A DNA stretch of 64,000 bases from a bacterium. GTDB lineage: Bacteria > UBA8248. The DNA lies in NCBI GenBank assembly GCA_965261085.1, contig OZ253442.1, positions 1,728,001 to 1,792,000 on the forward strand. The letters run 5' to 3'. A program made the position numbers and the translations under genes. Numbering within the stretch: position 1 is the first letter of the stretch; each line of letters opens with the position of its first letter. Shown here piece after piece: positions 1 through 12,254 of the stretch. The notes below the pieces were generated by a model. It was given only the letters and a program-made list of their open reading frames with translations, had not been told where the DNA came from and did no database searches.

Positions 1-1
1 G

Positions 2-2205
<2,204 letters not shown>

Positions 2206-2232
2206 TGCGCCCTCTCGTGCCGTTCATTCGGC

Positions 2233-3087
2233 ATGGGGCTGGATAAGATAAAAATGGCTGAGAAAAAGATAGTAAATATTGGGGATGTAGCAATCGGTGA
2301 GCCGGGGTCTATATGCGTCATCGCAGGGCCTTGTATGATCGAAAGTGAGGATTTGGCCGAGAAATGCGCCCAACAAATAAAACAAGCGACAGAGAAATGC
2401 GGTATCGGCGGAGTATTCAAGGCCTCGTATGATAAGGCGAACCGCAGCTCGGGGAAATCTCCGCGCGGGCCCGGCATCGATAAGGGGTTGAAAATCCTCG
2501 AGATGATAAGACGCGAGACCGGCCTTCCCGTGATGTCAGACGTTCATAGCCCTGAGGAGGCCGAACGCGCGGCACAGGTACTGGACGCCATTCAGATTCC
2601 CGCTTTTTTATGCCGCCAGACGGACCTCCTCCATGCGGCGGGAAGATCGGGGAAGCCCGTGAACGTCAAAAAAGGACAGTTCATGGCGCCCGAGGACATG
2701 AAATACGTCGTAGAAAAACTCGAGGAAGCGGGTTGTCGACAAATACTTCTAACCGAAAGAGGGACCAGTTTCGGCTACCACAACCTGGTTTCCGACATGC
2801 GTTCGCTCGTGAAGATGCGCGAATCGGGATATCCCGTGGTTTTCGATGCGACGCACAGCGTTCAGTCGCCGGGCGGACTCGGGGTAAGTTCAGGAGGGGA
2901 TAGAAGCATGGTTCCTCATCTTGCTCGTGCTGCAGCGGGCGTGGGCGTCGACGCTTTTTTTCTTGAATGTCATCCGAAGCCTGATGAAGCATTATCCGAT
3001 GGTCCTAATATGATGGATGTCGAGGATCTTCATTCTCTTCTCATCTCGTTGCAGGCGATAGATTCTGCGCGCCTCAGCACACAATAG
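2233..3087 (+). CDS. kdsA: KDO-8-phosphate synthase (start may be 2254)
   Basis: IAGPC, KASYDKANRSS, QIPAFLCRQTDL, DATHSVQ. Confidence 0.97.
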   Translation: MGLDKIKMAEKKIVNIGDVAIGEPGSICVIAGPCMIESEDLAEKCAQQIKQATEKCGIGGVFKASYDKANRSSGKSPRGPGIDKGLKILEMIRRETGLPVMSDVHSPEEAERAAQVLDAIQIPAFLCRQTDLLHAAGRSGKPVNVKKGQFMAPEDMKYVVEKLEEAGCRQILLTERGTSFGYHNLVSDMRSLVKMRESGYPVVFDATHSVQSPGGLGVSSGGDRSMVPHLARAAAGVGVDAFFLECHPKPDEALSDGPNMMDVEDLHSLLISLQAIDSARLSTQ

Positions 3088-3347
3088 AATATCAAGAAGT
3101 TTGTTCGTCATTACATTGCAGATTTCACTCGTTTTCTGTGTGTTCCGTCTCATGCCTCCCCCGGCCAATAGGCCCACTTTGTCTTTATCGGGTGGATGAG
3201 GCCAGGAAATTTCTGGGTTTCTTGTGATGGCGGACTTTGGGTTTGGCGTCAAATATAAATTGGCGCAACTTTTGAACATTTTGATAAGATATGATTCATA
3301 TGGAATGATTGAGAACTTGTGATTCACACTTTCGTGGGAAAAGTTCC

Positions 3348-5090
3348 ATGCCAAATCAGCGACTCTATTCCGGTCCTCAGTCGAATCTCTCTTTCATAGG
3401 CACGAGTGTGCGCCTGGAAGGCTCGCTGCTTTTTGCAGGTAAAATTTTCGTGGAAGGCGAGTTCGAAGGAGTAATCCATGGCGACGGACACCTTGAGGTT
3501 GCAGAATCAGGAAAGGTCGAGGGCGATATCCATACGAATGAGTTGGTGAATCACGGCCATACCAAAGGTTCTATATTGGTGGCTAATCGTGTTGAATTCA
3601 AAGCCGGATGCTCTCACGAAGGCAATGTAACGGCTCGCAAAATATATATGGATCCAGAAGCAAAGTTCGAAGGCAGATTGATAATGCCCGACGTCGCTCC
3701 GACGCCTGCGCCCAAACCGTGGATTTCGAAAAAACGCCTGCAAATTGCGGTGGGGTTGATGCTGTTTTTGGCTGTCGGCATTGCCTCCACGGCGATTTCT
3801 CGTGAGTCTCCGGATTACTTGCGCAATATCTGGAAGCGCCTCGACGCAATTTGGGAGGCGAGGGTTGGTGAATGGCTAGAGTCGCGCGAGCCGACAAATC
3901 CGAAGCTCAGGGTCGAAGAACAACAGAGAAGATATATTGCTGAGGCGGCTCAACACGAAAGCAAGGGAGAGTTCGATAAGGCTGTGACCAGTCTGAGAAA
4001 AGCGTTGAAGTTCAAGGGGAGTCGCCAGAATGTGGCCCGGTACCGCTTGGCGAAAATTCTGGCGCAACAGAATCATACCCGAAAGGCCATACGTGAAATA
4101 CAATTTTTACTCCAGCGTACTCCGGCGCACATCGAAGGGATGATCCTGCTTGGCGATTTGTATGTTCGGAGTGGGCAACTCTCAAAGGCGTTGGAAATAT
4201 ATAGAGAAGCTTATCTACGTGAACCCGAGGACATCGTTCTGAAAAGACGGCTTCAGATTGTTGAATCGCGTGTCAGGTCGGTTCGGCCCGAATTGCCCAA
4301 GCCTGTGAAAGAGATATTGGACCCGTCCCAAGTTTTAATCAATGCGGAGCGTTTCATATCCGGTAAGGAGCCAGCGAGGGCCGTGAACCTGCTTAGAGGC
4401 GCCATCGAAAAAACACCAGACAATGCGAGGTTCCATTTCTTGTTGGGCGCCGCTTTGGTTCAAATGAATCTGAGGGACGAAGCAATTCGAGCTTATGAAA
4501 AAGTTGTTTCTTTATCGCCCGACTGGCTGGATGGTTATATACGCCTTGGCGCTCTTTTGGAAGCTCAGGGTCGAGACAAAGATGCGATTGCACTATATGA
4601 AAAAGCAGGGGGATTGGACTCGAACGACATCGAGATGAAAATTCGCATTGCTAAACTTCATAATTCGAGGGGCCGGAAAGACACCGCTAATAAGATACTT
4701 TTGGATTTGTTGAAAAAGAACCCCCGCTCGTCTCGCGTTTTAGTGGAGCTTGGTGTTTTCCTTTGGGAAAACAGACAACCGAAAGAGTCGAAGATGGTGT
4801 TCATGCAGGTGCTCGAAATAGACAAAAATTCAGCGCCGGCGTTGAATCGTTTGGCGTGGTTTCATAGGAAGGATCAAGAAGGTTTGGAGCACGGCATCAA
4901 ACTTTCAAAACGCTCGCTCGAAATCCAGCCCGATACGCCGGCGTATCTCGATACCTTGGCGGAGTTGTATTATCGTAACGGAGAATCGGTAAAGGCGCTC
5001 CCGCTTATTCAAAGGGCGATTGAATTAGATCCTGGAAGTCGCTATTTTCGTCTACAATTGGAAAAATTCAAGAGAGCGAGTCGCAAATGA
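3348..5090 (+). CDS. Bactofilin-domain, transmembrane, TPR-repeat protein
   Basis: N-terminal beta-helix pattern (SFIGTSVRLEGSL..GEFEGVIHG..VEGDI..FEGRL), hydrophobic segment LQIAVGLMLFLAVGIA, many TPR-like repeats. Confidence 0.75.
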   Translation: MPNQRLYSGPQSNLSFIGTSVRLEGSLLFAGKIFVEGEFEGVIHGDGHLEVAESGKVEGDIHTNELVNHGHTKGSILVANRVEFKAGCSHEGNVTARKIYMDPEAKFEGRLIMPDVAPTPAPKPWISKKRLQIAVGLMLFLAVGIASTAISRESPDYLRNIWKRLDAIWEARVGEWLESREPTNPKLRVEEQQRRYIAEAAQHESKGEFDKAVTSLRKALKFKGSRQNVARYRLAKILAQQNHTRKAIREIQFLLQRTPAHIEGMILLGDLYVRSGQLSKALEIYREAYLREPEDIVLKRRLQIVESRVRSVRPELPKPVKEILDPSQVLINAERFISGKEPARAVNLLRGAIEKTPDNARFHFLLGAALVQMNLRDEAIRAYEKVVSLSPDWLDGYIRLGALLEAQGRDKDAIALYEKAGGLDSNDIEMKIRIAKLHNSRGRKDTANKILLDLLKKNPRSSRVLVELGVFLWENRQPKESKMVFMQVLEIDKNSAPALNRLAWFHRKDQEGLEHGIKLSKRSLEIQPDTPAYLDTLAELYYRNGESVKALPLIQRAIELDPGSRYFRLQLEKFKRASRK

Positions 5091-5279
5091 TTGCCGAAAA
5101 AGATCGGATGGATGTTTATACTCCCCACATTTTGATGGTTTTGAGCAACTGAGCACTTGTTCGCACATGAATAAAAGTGTTGTATGAGATGGTTGCAAAC
5201 TAATGATATGAAGGGATGATAAGGCGTGATTCATCCCGCCCTTTTAGTGGTCGCTACTCTTGGTTTGGAGGGCTGAGAA

Positions 5280-6113
5280 ATGGGTATTCTGACGATCTCG
5301 AGAGAGCTTGGAAGCGGTGGTGATGCTATTGGGAAGAAAGTCGCTGAAGAATTGGGATGGGCCCTTTTGGATAACGATGGATTTGCGGATGCCGCGCAAT
5401 CGTATGGTTATGTCCGAGACGAACTGGAGCAGGTGGATGAGAGGAAGCCCGGTTTGATAGACCGCTTTTTCCGGGACAGGCAACTCGTATATCTCGATAT
5501 CATGCGCGCCATTGTGTATGAGTCGGCCCTGAAAAATAATTTCGTCATCCTGGGACGTGGTTCTCACATACTCCTGGAGGGAATCGAAGGTGCTTTTCGG
5601 GCGCGCATCGTGGCGCCTAGGGATTATCGCCAACGAACATTGGTGAAGAACGAGGGGATTACCCCATCGATGGCGGAGCAGTTCATACGCCATAATGATG
5701 ATGAAAGGATGGCGTATACGCGGCATTTTTTCGATGTCCGATGGGGAGAGCCGAGTCACTTCGATATCATATTGAACACCGGGCTGTTCGATGAAGACAT
5801 GTCGACACGATTGCTGGTGAATATATTGGAAAGTGAAAAATTTTCACAATCTCAACCATCGGGATCTCAAAAACTCCAAAATCTGGCTTTTGCGCAAAAG
5901 ATTAAAGCGACAATCATGACGGATGAGCGAATTGATGCGAGTGGCATTGTCGTGGACTGTCTCGGACCAGGAGAGCTATTTTTACATGGGCGCGTCAATA
6001 GCGATGAAGAAAAAGAATTGGCTGAATCAATTTCCAGAGAATATGCTGGAGTTGTCGGGTTGAGCAGCGAACTGGTCGTGATGCCACCTATCGAAGGATG
6101 GTATCCGGTATGA
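5280..6113 (+). CDS. Cytidylate kinase-like family protein with C-terminal BON domain
   Basis: LTISRELGSGG, VILGRG, FDIILNT; C-terminal BON-like LHGRVNSDEEKELAESI. Confidence 0.8.
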   Translation: MGILTISRELGSGGDAIGKKVAEELGWALLDNDGFADAAQSYGYVRDELEQVDERKPGLIDRFFRDRQLVYLDIMRAIVYESALKNNFVILGRGSHILLEGIEGAFRARIVAPRDYRQRTLVKNEGITPSMAEQFIRHNDDERMAYTRHFFDVRWGEPSHFDIILNTGLFDEDMSTRLLVNILESEKFSQSQPSGSQKLQNLAFAQKIKATIMTDERIDASGIVVDCLGPGELFLHGRVNSDEEKELAESISREYAGVVGLSSELVVMPPIEGWYPV

Positions 6114-6739
6114 GTGCGAGATGTGGTCGACACATTGAACCATTGATGGGCAAGTTTCCTAAATTGCAAATGATGTTTTTGGGCGGGCTTATGATGATGC
6201 TATCCGCTTGTAGCTTGGTGGTAACACAAGCCGACTACGATATGGATAAGGAAAAAACTAGAAAAGATTTTGTTGCGATCCGCGGCCAGCTTCTTGCGCA
6301 CACGCAAATCCTGGCGAATCATGGAAAGTCATTGAACGAATTTAAATTGCAGCTTCGTGACGCCGTCTCAAATGTGGAGAAGACGGTGAAGGAATTAAAA
6401 TCGAAGCCCACGCCGGTGATTGTTTCTCCAAAGTTGGAGCGCAAAAAAGAATCTGTTGGGAAGCTGGTCAAACAAAATCGAAAGTCCAAGGAGACCAGAT
6501 ATATTCGCCGCACATATCAGGGGTTGTTGCTGAGTTATGCGGGAGGCTATGACGAGCCGCGTGGCTCTCGTTATCCCTACAAACTCAAGCCCGGAACGCG
6601 CGTAGCCATTATTTCCGGCGACCGGCGTGGTTTCACCAGAGTGGAGGTGGAATCAGGCCGTTGGGAGGGGAAGAAAATGTGGGTGCGCACCCGCTGGCTT
6701 GCAGAGGAGGTTCCGAAGCGCATGGGAGGCAAAAGTTGA
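6110..6739 (+). CDS. Putative lipoprotein with coiled coil and C-terminal SH3-like domain (start uncertain)
   Basis: Lipobox LSAC after hydrophobic stretch; SH3-like LKPGTRVAII..TRVEV..MWVRTRWL; ATG overlaps upstream TGA. Confidence 0.6.
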   Translation: MSARCGRHIEPLMGKFPKLQMMFLGGLMMMLSACSLVVTQADYDMDKEKTRKDFVAIRGQLLAHTQILANHGKSLNEFKLQLRDAVSNVEKTVKELKSKPTPVIVSPKLERKKESVGKLVKQNRKSKETRYIRRTYQGLLLSYAGGYDEPRGSRYPYKLKPGTRVAIISGDRRGFTRVEVESGRWEGKKMWVRTRWLAEEVPKRMGGKS

Positions 6740-6741
6740 TT

Positions 6742-7920
6742 CTATAGTTTTTTCAGTCCCTCGCTGAGATCGTCCCTTAAAACCTCAAAATCCTCGAGTC
6801 CCACTGAATATCGAATCAGACCTGCGGAAATGCCCCGATTCTCAGCGCCTTCTATCCCGATATCCGCATACGCCATCTTTACGTGATGTTCCACCTGGCT
6901 CTCTGTGCCGCCGAAGCCGGGAGCAAACACGGGAATTTGCAGAGCGTTCACCAACTCGTCGGCTTTTTCAGGCTCTCCATGCAGTTCAAAGCTGACCAGC
7001 CCGCCAAAAGCGGACATGTATTTAACGGCTCGCTCATGATCCGGGTGAGATTCGAGGCCGGGGTAGTGAACCCGGGAGACCTTGGGGTGAGCGGCGAGAA
7101 ATTCAGCCAATCGAAGGGCCGTGTCGCTGATGCTCCGGACACGCAATTCGAGCGTTTTCAATCCTCGCTCCACCAAAAACGCATCTTGCGGTCCGAGAAT
7201 GGAGCCCAGCAAAGCTTGTTGTTCACGTAACGCGTCTATTATGTTCAGGCGGCCTGAAACCGCACCCGCGATGACGTCGTTGTGCCCGCCGATATATTTC
7301 GTCGCGCTTTGAACGGCTAAATCGGCTCCATGCTCCAGCGGGCGAAACAAAGCGGGAGATGCGATGGTTGAGTCCACGATGAACCTGGCTTTTCTTTCGT
7401 GGGCCCATTCGGCCATTTTTTCGATATCGGGTATACGCAGCGTGGGGTTGGATGGAATTTCCGTGAACAACACCCGCACCGGCTCGTCAGAGAGGTCTTC
7501 CAGAGATTCCACCGAATTCTCCGCCAGGATTTCGACGCATACCCCGTACCGTGAAAGGAGGCCCTCTGCGACGTCTCTCGTATGCCTGTAGCATTCTTGC
7601 GGGATGACGATTCGCGCTTTTGGCGCCAGGAGCGAGAGAAATACAGAAGAGACGGCCGCCATGCCGCTAGCGTATAAGAGGGAAGCCTCCGCGCCTTCCA
7701 TGCGGGCGAGCCTGCGCTCGGCGGCTTCGTTCGTCGGGTTGCCGTAGCGTGAATAAAAAAACGCGTTTTTCTCGCCGCTATGAAAAGCTGCTAGATCATC
7801 CGAACTGTCAAACGTGAAAGTCGCGGTTTGGAAAATTGGCGGTGAGAGAGACTTCTTTGCCTGATTGCGCTCATCTCTCCTCATGTTTTTCGACAATGTA
7901 CTCATCTCCTGTTGTTGCAT
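6742..7920 (-). CDS. metB: Cystathionine gamma-synthase family PLP enzyme
   Basis: YSRYGNPT, SGMAA, SATKYIGGHND, IRYSVGLED. Confidence 0.8.
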   Translation of the reverse strand: MQQQEMSTLSKNMRRDERNQAKKSLSPPIFQTATFTFDSSDDLAAFHSGEKNAFFYSRYGNPTNEAAERRLARMEGAEASLLYASGMAAVSSVFLSLLAPKARIVIPQECYRHTRDVAEGLLSRYGVCVEILAENSVESLEDLSDEPVRVLFTEIPSNPTLRIPDIEKMAEWAHERKARFIVDSTIASPALFRPLEHGADLAVQSATKYIGGHNDVIAGAVSGRLNIIDALREQQALLGSILGPQDAFLVERGLKTLELRVRSISDTALRLAEFLAAHPKVSRVHYPGLESHPDHERAVKYMSAFGGLVSFELHGEPEKADELVNALQIPVFAPGFGGTESQVEHHVKMAYADIGIEGAENRGISAGLIRYSVGLEDFEVLRDDLSEGLKKL

Positions 7921-7953
7921 GGGTAGAGCGAGGAAACGAAAAGCAAATGGATG

Positions 7954-9297
7954 TTACGTGACGGACAATGCTCCAAGTTTTTTCTCGATGACATCTTGAA
8001 CCGCGTTGATATCCTCTGGAAGATCGATGGGAGTATTCGCGAATCGGCTATCAAGGCCCGGAATTTCTTTTTTGTGATAATTGACCTTGAATTCAGTAAA
8101 TTTTAGCCCGTGCGCCGTAGAGATGACTACGACCCGGTCTTTGGGGTTTATTTCTCCGCGCGCGATTATTTTTTCAAGGGCGGCCAATGCCACGCCGGTC
8201 TGGGGACAGTTGTACATTCCGGTTCTGTCCGCGCGAGCAGCAGCGTTGGCCAATTCCTCTTCGCTCGCCTGTTCAACGGAGCCCTCGAAAGCTTTCAAGG
8301 TTCTGATAGCCCTCTCGATGCTTACCGGATTACCGATTTGGATTGCCGTCGCCAGCGTTGGTTCGGCGGCTATGGGGTGAAATTCCCGGAAACCGGTCAT
8401 AAAACTTCTGTACAGGGGATTGGCTTTTTCCGTCTGAGCGCAAACGATGCGGGGCAACTTGTCTATCAGCCCCAAATCACGCATCTGCATGAAACCTTTG
8501 CCCAGCGCGCTCACGTTTCCCAGGTTTCCGCCAGGGATAATGATTAAATCGGGAACCTCCCAGTCAAACTGCTGAACGAGCTCTATGCTGATGGTTTTCT
8601 GGCCTTCGATTCGCAGTGAATTCATGCTGTTGGCAAGGTATATACCTTGTTCCTCGCACACCTGTTTCACGATGCGCATACAACCATCGAAATCCGTATC
8701 GATAGCGAGCACCATGGCGCCGTTCGCGATAGGCTGAATGAGCTGCGCCACCGATACTTTCTCTCGCGGTAGAAAAACGATGGCAGGGATATCGGCCGCT
8801 GCGGCGTACGCAGCCAGTGCGGCGGAAGTATCGCCTGTCGATGCGCAGGCGACGGCGTGAAGTTTTTTCCCATCGGCCATCATTTGCTGGGCGGCGGATA
8901 CGAGCACCGTCATGCCGAGATCCTTGAAAGAGCCCGTGTGGCTGTTCCCGCATTGTTTGATCCACAACTCGCCGATTCCGAGTTCCCGGCCCAGACGGTT
9001 GGCCCAGAAAAGGTTCGTCCCTCCCTCATAGAACGAAATGATGTTTTCATCATTTATCAACGGACAAACCCACTCTTTTTTCCCCCACACACCACTGCCG
9101 TACGGCCATATGTTGCGCTGGTAGCGGTCGTCGAACAAATGACGCCACTCGGACGCGCTCCGCATTCGCAGGGTTTCTAGATCGTGGGTGACTTCCAGAA
9201 GACTCTCGCATTCGCGGCACTGGTAGACGGAATCGAAAATGGAATAGGTTGCTTCGCATTCAGGATTTATACATTGGAACCAACAGTTGCAGTCCAT
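7954..9297 (-). CDS. thrC: Threonine synthase
   Basis: [13 protein letters not shown] lysine motif, [24 protein letters not shown]. Confidence 0.95.
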   Translation of the reverse strand: MDCNCWFQCINPECEATYSIFDSVYQCRECESLLEVTHDLETLRMRSASEWRHLFDDRYQRNIWPYGSGVWGKKEWVCPLINDENIISFYEGGTNLFWANRLGRELGIGELWIKQCGNSHTGSFKDLGMTVLVSAAQQMMADGKKLHAVACASTGDTSAALAAYAAAADIPAIVFLPREKVSVAQLIQPIANGAMVLAIDTDFDGCMRIVKQVCEEQGIYLANSMNSLRIEGQKTISIELVQQFDWEVPDLIIIPGGNLGNVSALGKGFMQMRDLGLIDKLPRIVCAQTEKANPLYRSFMTGFREFHPIAAEPTLATAIQIGNPVSIERAIRTLKAFEGSVEQASEEELANAAARADRTGMYNCPQTGVALAALEKIIARGEINPKDRVVVISTAHGLKFTEFKVNYHKKEIPGLDSRFANTPIDLPEDINAVQDVIEKKLGALSVT

Positions 9298-9429
9298 ATC
9301 ATCACCAAAAGTAAAAGGCGAAGCTTGGCCTCGCCCGATAGAGACAGTATTATTGCAAAGGCAACTCCAGGCGGCAAATCGGCATATTTATTTCGTGGCG
9401 TAAGGTTTCTGAATTCCATTCATGTGGAA

Positions 9430-10683
9430 TTATGTCGTAGCCACCTGGGTAATACGGACCTCTTTTTCGTTGATGAAAGTGACTATCACCGCCGCCTGTA
9501 GGCAAAGGTAAGCGGCCAGAGCGAATGCGAGGTTGTAGCTGCCAGTCACGTCATAGATGTATCCGCTCAACCAGGCGCTAAGACCCGAGCCGAGTTGGTG
9601 GCTGAACGTGATGAGCCCGAATAGAATGGCCACATTCTTGGATCCAAAGAAATCTCCCGTCAATGCCGAAGTGAGCGGGACGGTCGCTATCCATGAAAGG
9701 CCGATGATCATGGGTGTGGCCCAGACGGTAAAATCATTCTTGTAGAAGATGAACAGGACGAATCCGAGGCCCCTGAAGGCGTAAATCAGGCTCAAGGGGA
9801 TTTTTCTGCCTATTTTGTCCGATAGGGGGCCAACCGCCAGAACCCCAAGTGTGTTGAGGCCGCCTCCCAGGGCGAATGATGTGGCTGCAACGGTGGCGGA
9901 GAAACCCACGTCCGTCGCAAACGGCACCCAGTGGACGGAAACGACGGTCACGGTGAAACCGCAGGTGAAGAAACTCGTAAGCAAAAGCAGGAACGGCATC
10001 TTGTGAAGACACTGGACCCAGGGCAAATCGTATGGAACCACCATTTTGAAGTTGCCGCCGGAAGAGGTTGTGCCCGGGAGGGTATCCCCGGTTCCTGGAG
10101 AATTCTTGACGATGAAAATCGAAATGGGCATCAGAGTGAATATGAAAATGATGCCGATGGTGAGCGAAGTCGTTCTCCAGTCCAGAAAGCCCATCAGATA
10201 CGCGAAGAAAGGAAGCAGTAAGAGTTGTCCCATGCTCGACCCGGCGCTGACGATCGACATGCCCAAACCCCGTCTGTCCGGGAACCAGTTGGATACCAGC
10301 GGGGTAAAGGCGGTCACGCTGTTGCCGATTCCCCCTATTCCCAGCAGGATGCCGAAAAACAGATACACGCCCCACAGAGAGTCGACCTGGCTGATTCCCA
10401 GCATGGCGATGGTCGTCAACGCCGACCCCCAGATGATGATCGTTTTGGGGTCCCAGCGGCGCATCATGAGTCCGCCCAATGGCTGGGATGCTCCGTAGAG
10501 AATCAGGCAAAGAGAGAAGGGGAGTGACAATGCGGCGCGGCTGATCTTGAAATCTTCGATCATCGGCTTGAGGAAGAGCCCAAAGGAATTTCTGGTCGCC
10601 AGGCCCAAAAACATCATCGTGAAGCACCCGGCCAGGATGTACCAACCGTAATATATTTTTTTCGGGGAAGCGGTTTGGCTCAC
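9430..10683 (-). CDS. MFS transporter (OFA/monocarboxylate-like)
   Basis: About 12 hydrophobic segments, WFPDRRGLGMSI, GPLSDKIGRK, GYIYDVTGSY. Confidence 0.9.
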   Translation of the reverse strand: MSQTASPKKIYYGWYILAGCFTMMFLGLATRNSFGLFLKPMIEDFKISRAALSLPFSLCLILYGASQPLGGLMMRRWDPKTIIIWGSALTTIAMLGISQVDSLWGVYLFFGILLGIGGIGNSVTAFTPLVSNWFPDRRGLGMSIVSAGSSMGQLLLLPFFAYLMGFLDWRTTSLTIGIIFIFTLMPISIFIVKNSPGTGDTLPGTTSSGGNFKMVVPYDLPWVQCLHKMPFLLLLTSFFTCGFTVTVVSVHWVPFATDVGFSATVAATSFALGGGLNTLGVLAVGPLSDKIGRKIPLSLIYAFRGLGFVLFIFYKNDFTVWATPMIIGLSWIATVPLTSALTGDFFGSKNVAILFGLITFSHQLGSGLSAWLSGYIYDVTGSYNLAFALAAYLCLQAAVIVTFINEKEVRITQVATT

Positions 10684-10870
10684 AGATACCTCGATATTTT
10701 CAAGCGCGGATGGTCTCCAAATGTCCGTAATTTTCGCTTGACGCGCAGACTATAACATTAACGGAAGAAAGACACGCGCTCAGGACGCAGTTTCCCCGAA
10801 TGAACGGAGTGGTTCCTCATACATTTTAGAATATGATAGAGGTATTGGTGAATAACGAGGAGGGTTTCCA

Positions 10871-12208
10871 TTGAAAGCACCGAATTTTCTGGTTTCACAT
10901 CCCGGCCCCAAAACTCGCAAGGAACTTGAACGCCTCAGGCACACGGAGAGCCGCGCGGCCCTCAGCTTCGGGATGAGCCCCGAAACTGTCGTCGTGGAGC
11001 GTGCGCAAGGGGCGGTCATCGAGGACATTGACGGCAATTTGTTTTTGGATTTTGTCGCGGGTTTTGGTTCCCTGAATGCGGGCCATTGCCATCCCAAGGT
11101 TGTCTCGGCGATGCAAAAACAAGCGGAACAGGTTCACCAAGCCATGTCGCTGGGCTCGAGGGTGAGAAACGAATTTCTCGAGAAAGTTCTTTCCCTTCAT
11201 ACGGGCGCGACCCCGAAAAGTATGATTCTAGGCTCCTCGGGCAGCGAAGCGGCGGAAACCGCTCTCAAGATGGCCCGCCGGGCGACGGGGCGCGATGAGA
11301 TCGTCGGCTTTACGGGCGCGTTCCACGGCAGAACCTTGGGGGCCGTGGCCCTGATGGGTAGAAAGAACCAAAGAGAGGGACTGGGAACGCTTGTTCCGGG
11401 CATTCATCACGTTCCCTATCCCTATCCTTATCGAAACCCTTTCGGTGATGGAGCGGAAAAATGCGCGGAGGGGACGATTCGCTACATCAATGAATTTCTC
11501 GATAATCCGGTGAGCGGCTGGGGCGATGTTGCGGCCGTCATCATCGAGCCGGTTCAGGGAAACGGCGGCATGATTCCGGCCCCCATCGGGTTTTTGAAAG
11601 CGCTTCGAGAGGTATGCGACCGTCACGGGGTTTTGCTCATCATCGATGAGGTGATGAGCGGTTTTTGCCGTACGGGGAAGATGTTCGCCTACCAGTATGA
11701 AGATATAGAACCCGATCTGATCGTCATGGGAAAATCGATTTCAGGCGGGTTGCCTCTTGCTGCCTGCGTTGCGAAAAAAGAAATAGCCGACGCTTCGAAT
11801 CCCGGTACCGAGAGCAGTACCTATGCTGGAAATGTCATGGCGTGTGCCGCCGGCCTGGCTTCCATCGAGGTGTATGAGGAGGAAAACCTAGCCGATCGCT
11901 CCCTCGAGATGGGTTCTTATTTTCTGAGAAGGTTGGAGGAGCTATCGGAGCGCCATTCCATCGTTGGTGAAGTCCGTGGACGCGGGCTGATGGTAGCCGT
12001 TGAACTGGTTTCCGATCGCGCGACGCGCGAACCTTTGAGCGTCGCGAAAAAGGCGAGTGACATGGCCTTGAAAAAAGGTCTTCTCATCTATCCTGGAGGA
12101 CACCACGGGAATGTCCTGGCGTTTTTGCCTCCTCTGATTATCGACAAGGAGCAAGTGGATACGGCCGTGGGTATTGTGGATGAGGTATTGCTTGACATGG
12201 ATGTTTAA
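10871..12208 (+). CDS. Class III PLP aminotransferase (4-aminobutyrate aminotransferase-like)
   Basis: FHGRT, IIEPVQGNGG, IDEVMSGFCRTG, MGKSISGGLP. Confidence 0.9.
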   Translation: MKAPNFLVSHPGPKTRKELERLRHTESRAALSFGMSPETVVVERAQGAVIEDIDGNLFLDFVAGFGSLNAGHCHPKVVSAMQKQAEQVHQAMSLGSRVRNEFLEKVLSLHTGATPKSMILGSSGSEAAETALKMARRATGRDEIVGFTGAFHGRTLGAVALMGRKNQREGLGTLVPGIHHVPYPYPYRNPFGDGAEKCAEGTIRYINEFLDNPVSGWGDVAAVIIEPVQGNGGMIPAPIGFLKALREVCDRHGVLLIIDEVMSGFCRTGKMFAYQYEDIEPDLIVMGKSISGGLPLAACVAKKEIADASNPGTESSTYAGNVMACAAGLASIEVYEEENLADRSLEMGSYFLRRLEELSERHSIVGEVRGRGLMVAVELVSDRATREPLSVAKKASDMALKKGLLIYPGGHHGNVLAFLPPLIIDKEQVDTAVGIVDEVLLDMDV

Positions 12209-12254
12209 GAAACCCGTTTGTGGCGGGAAATAAAATGTTCTCCTTTGTGTTAAG

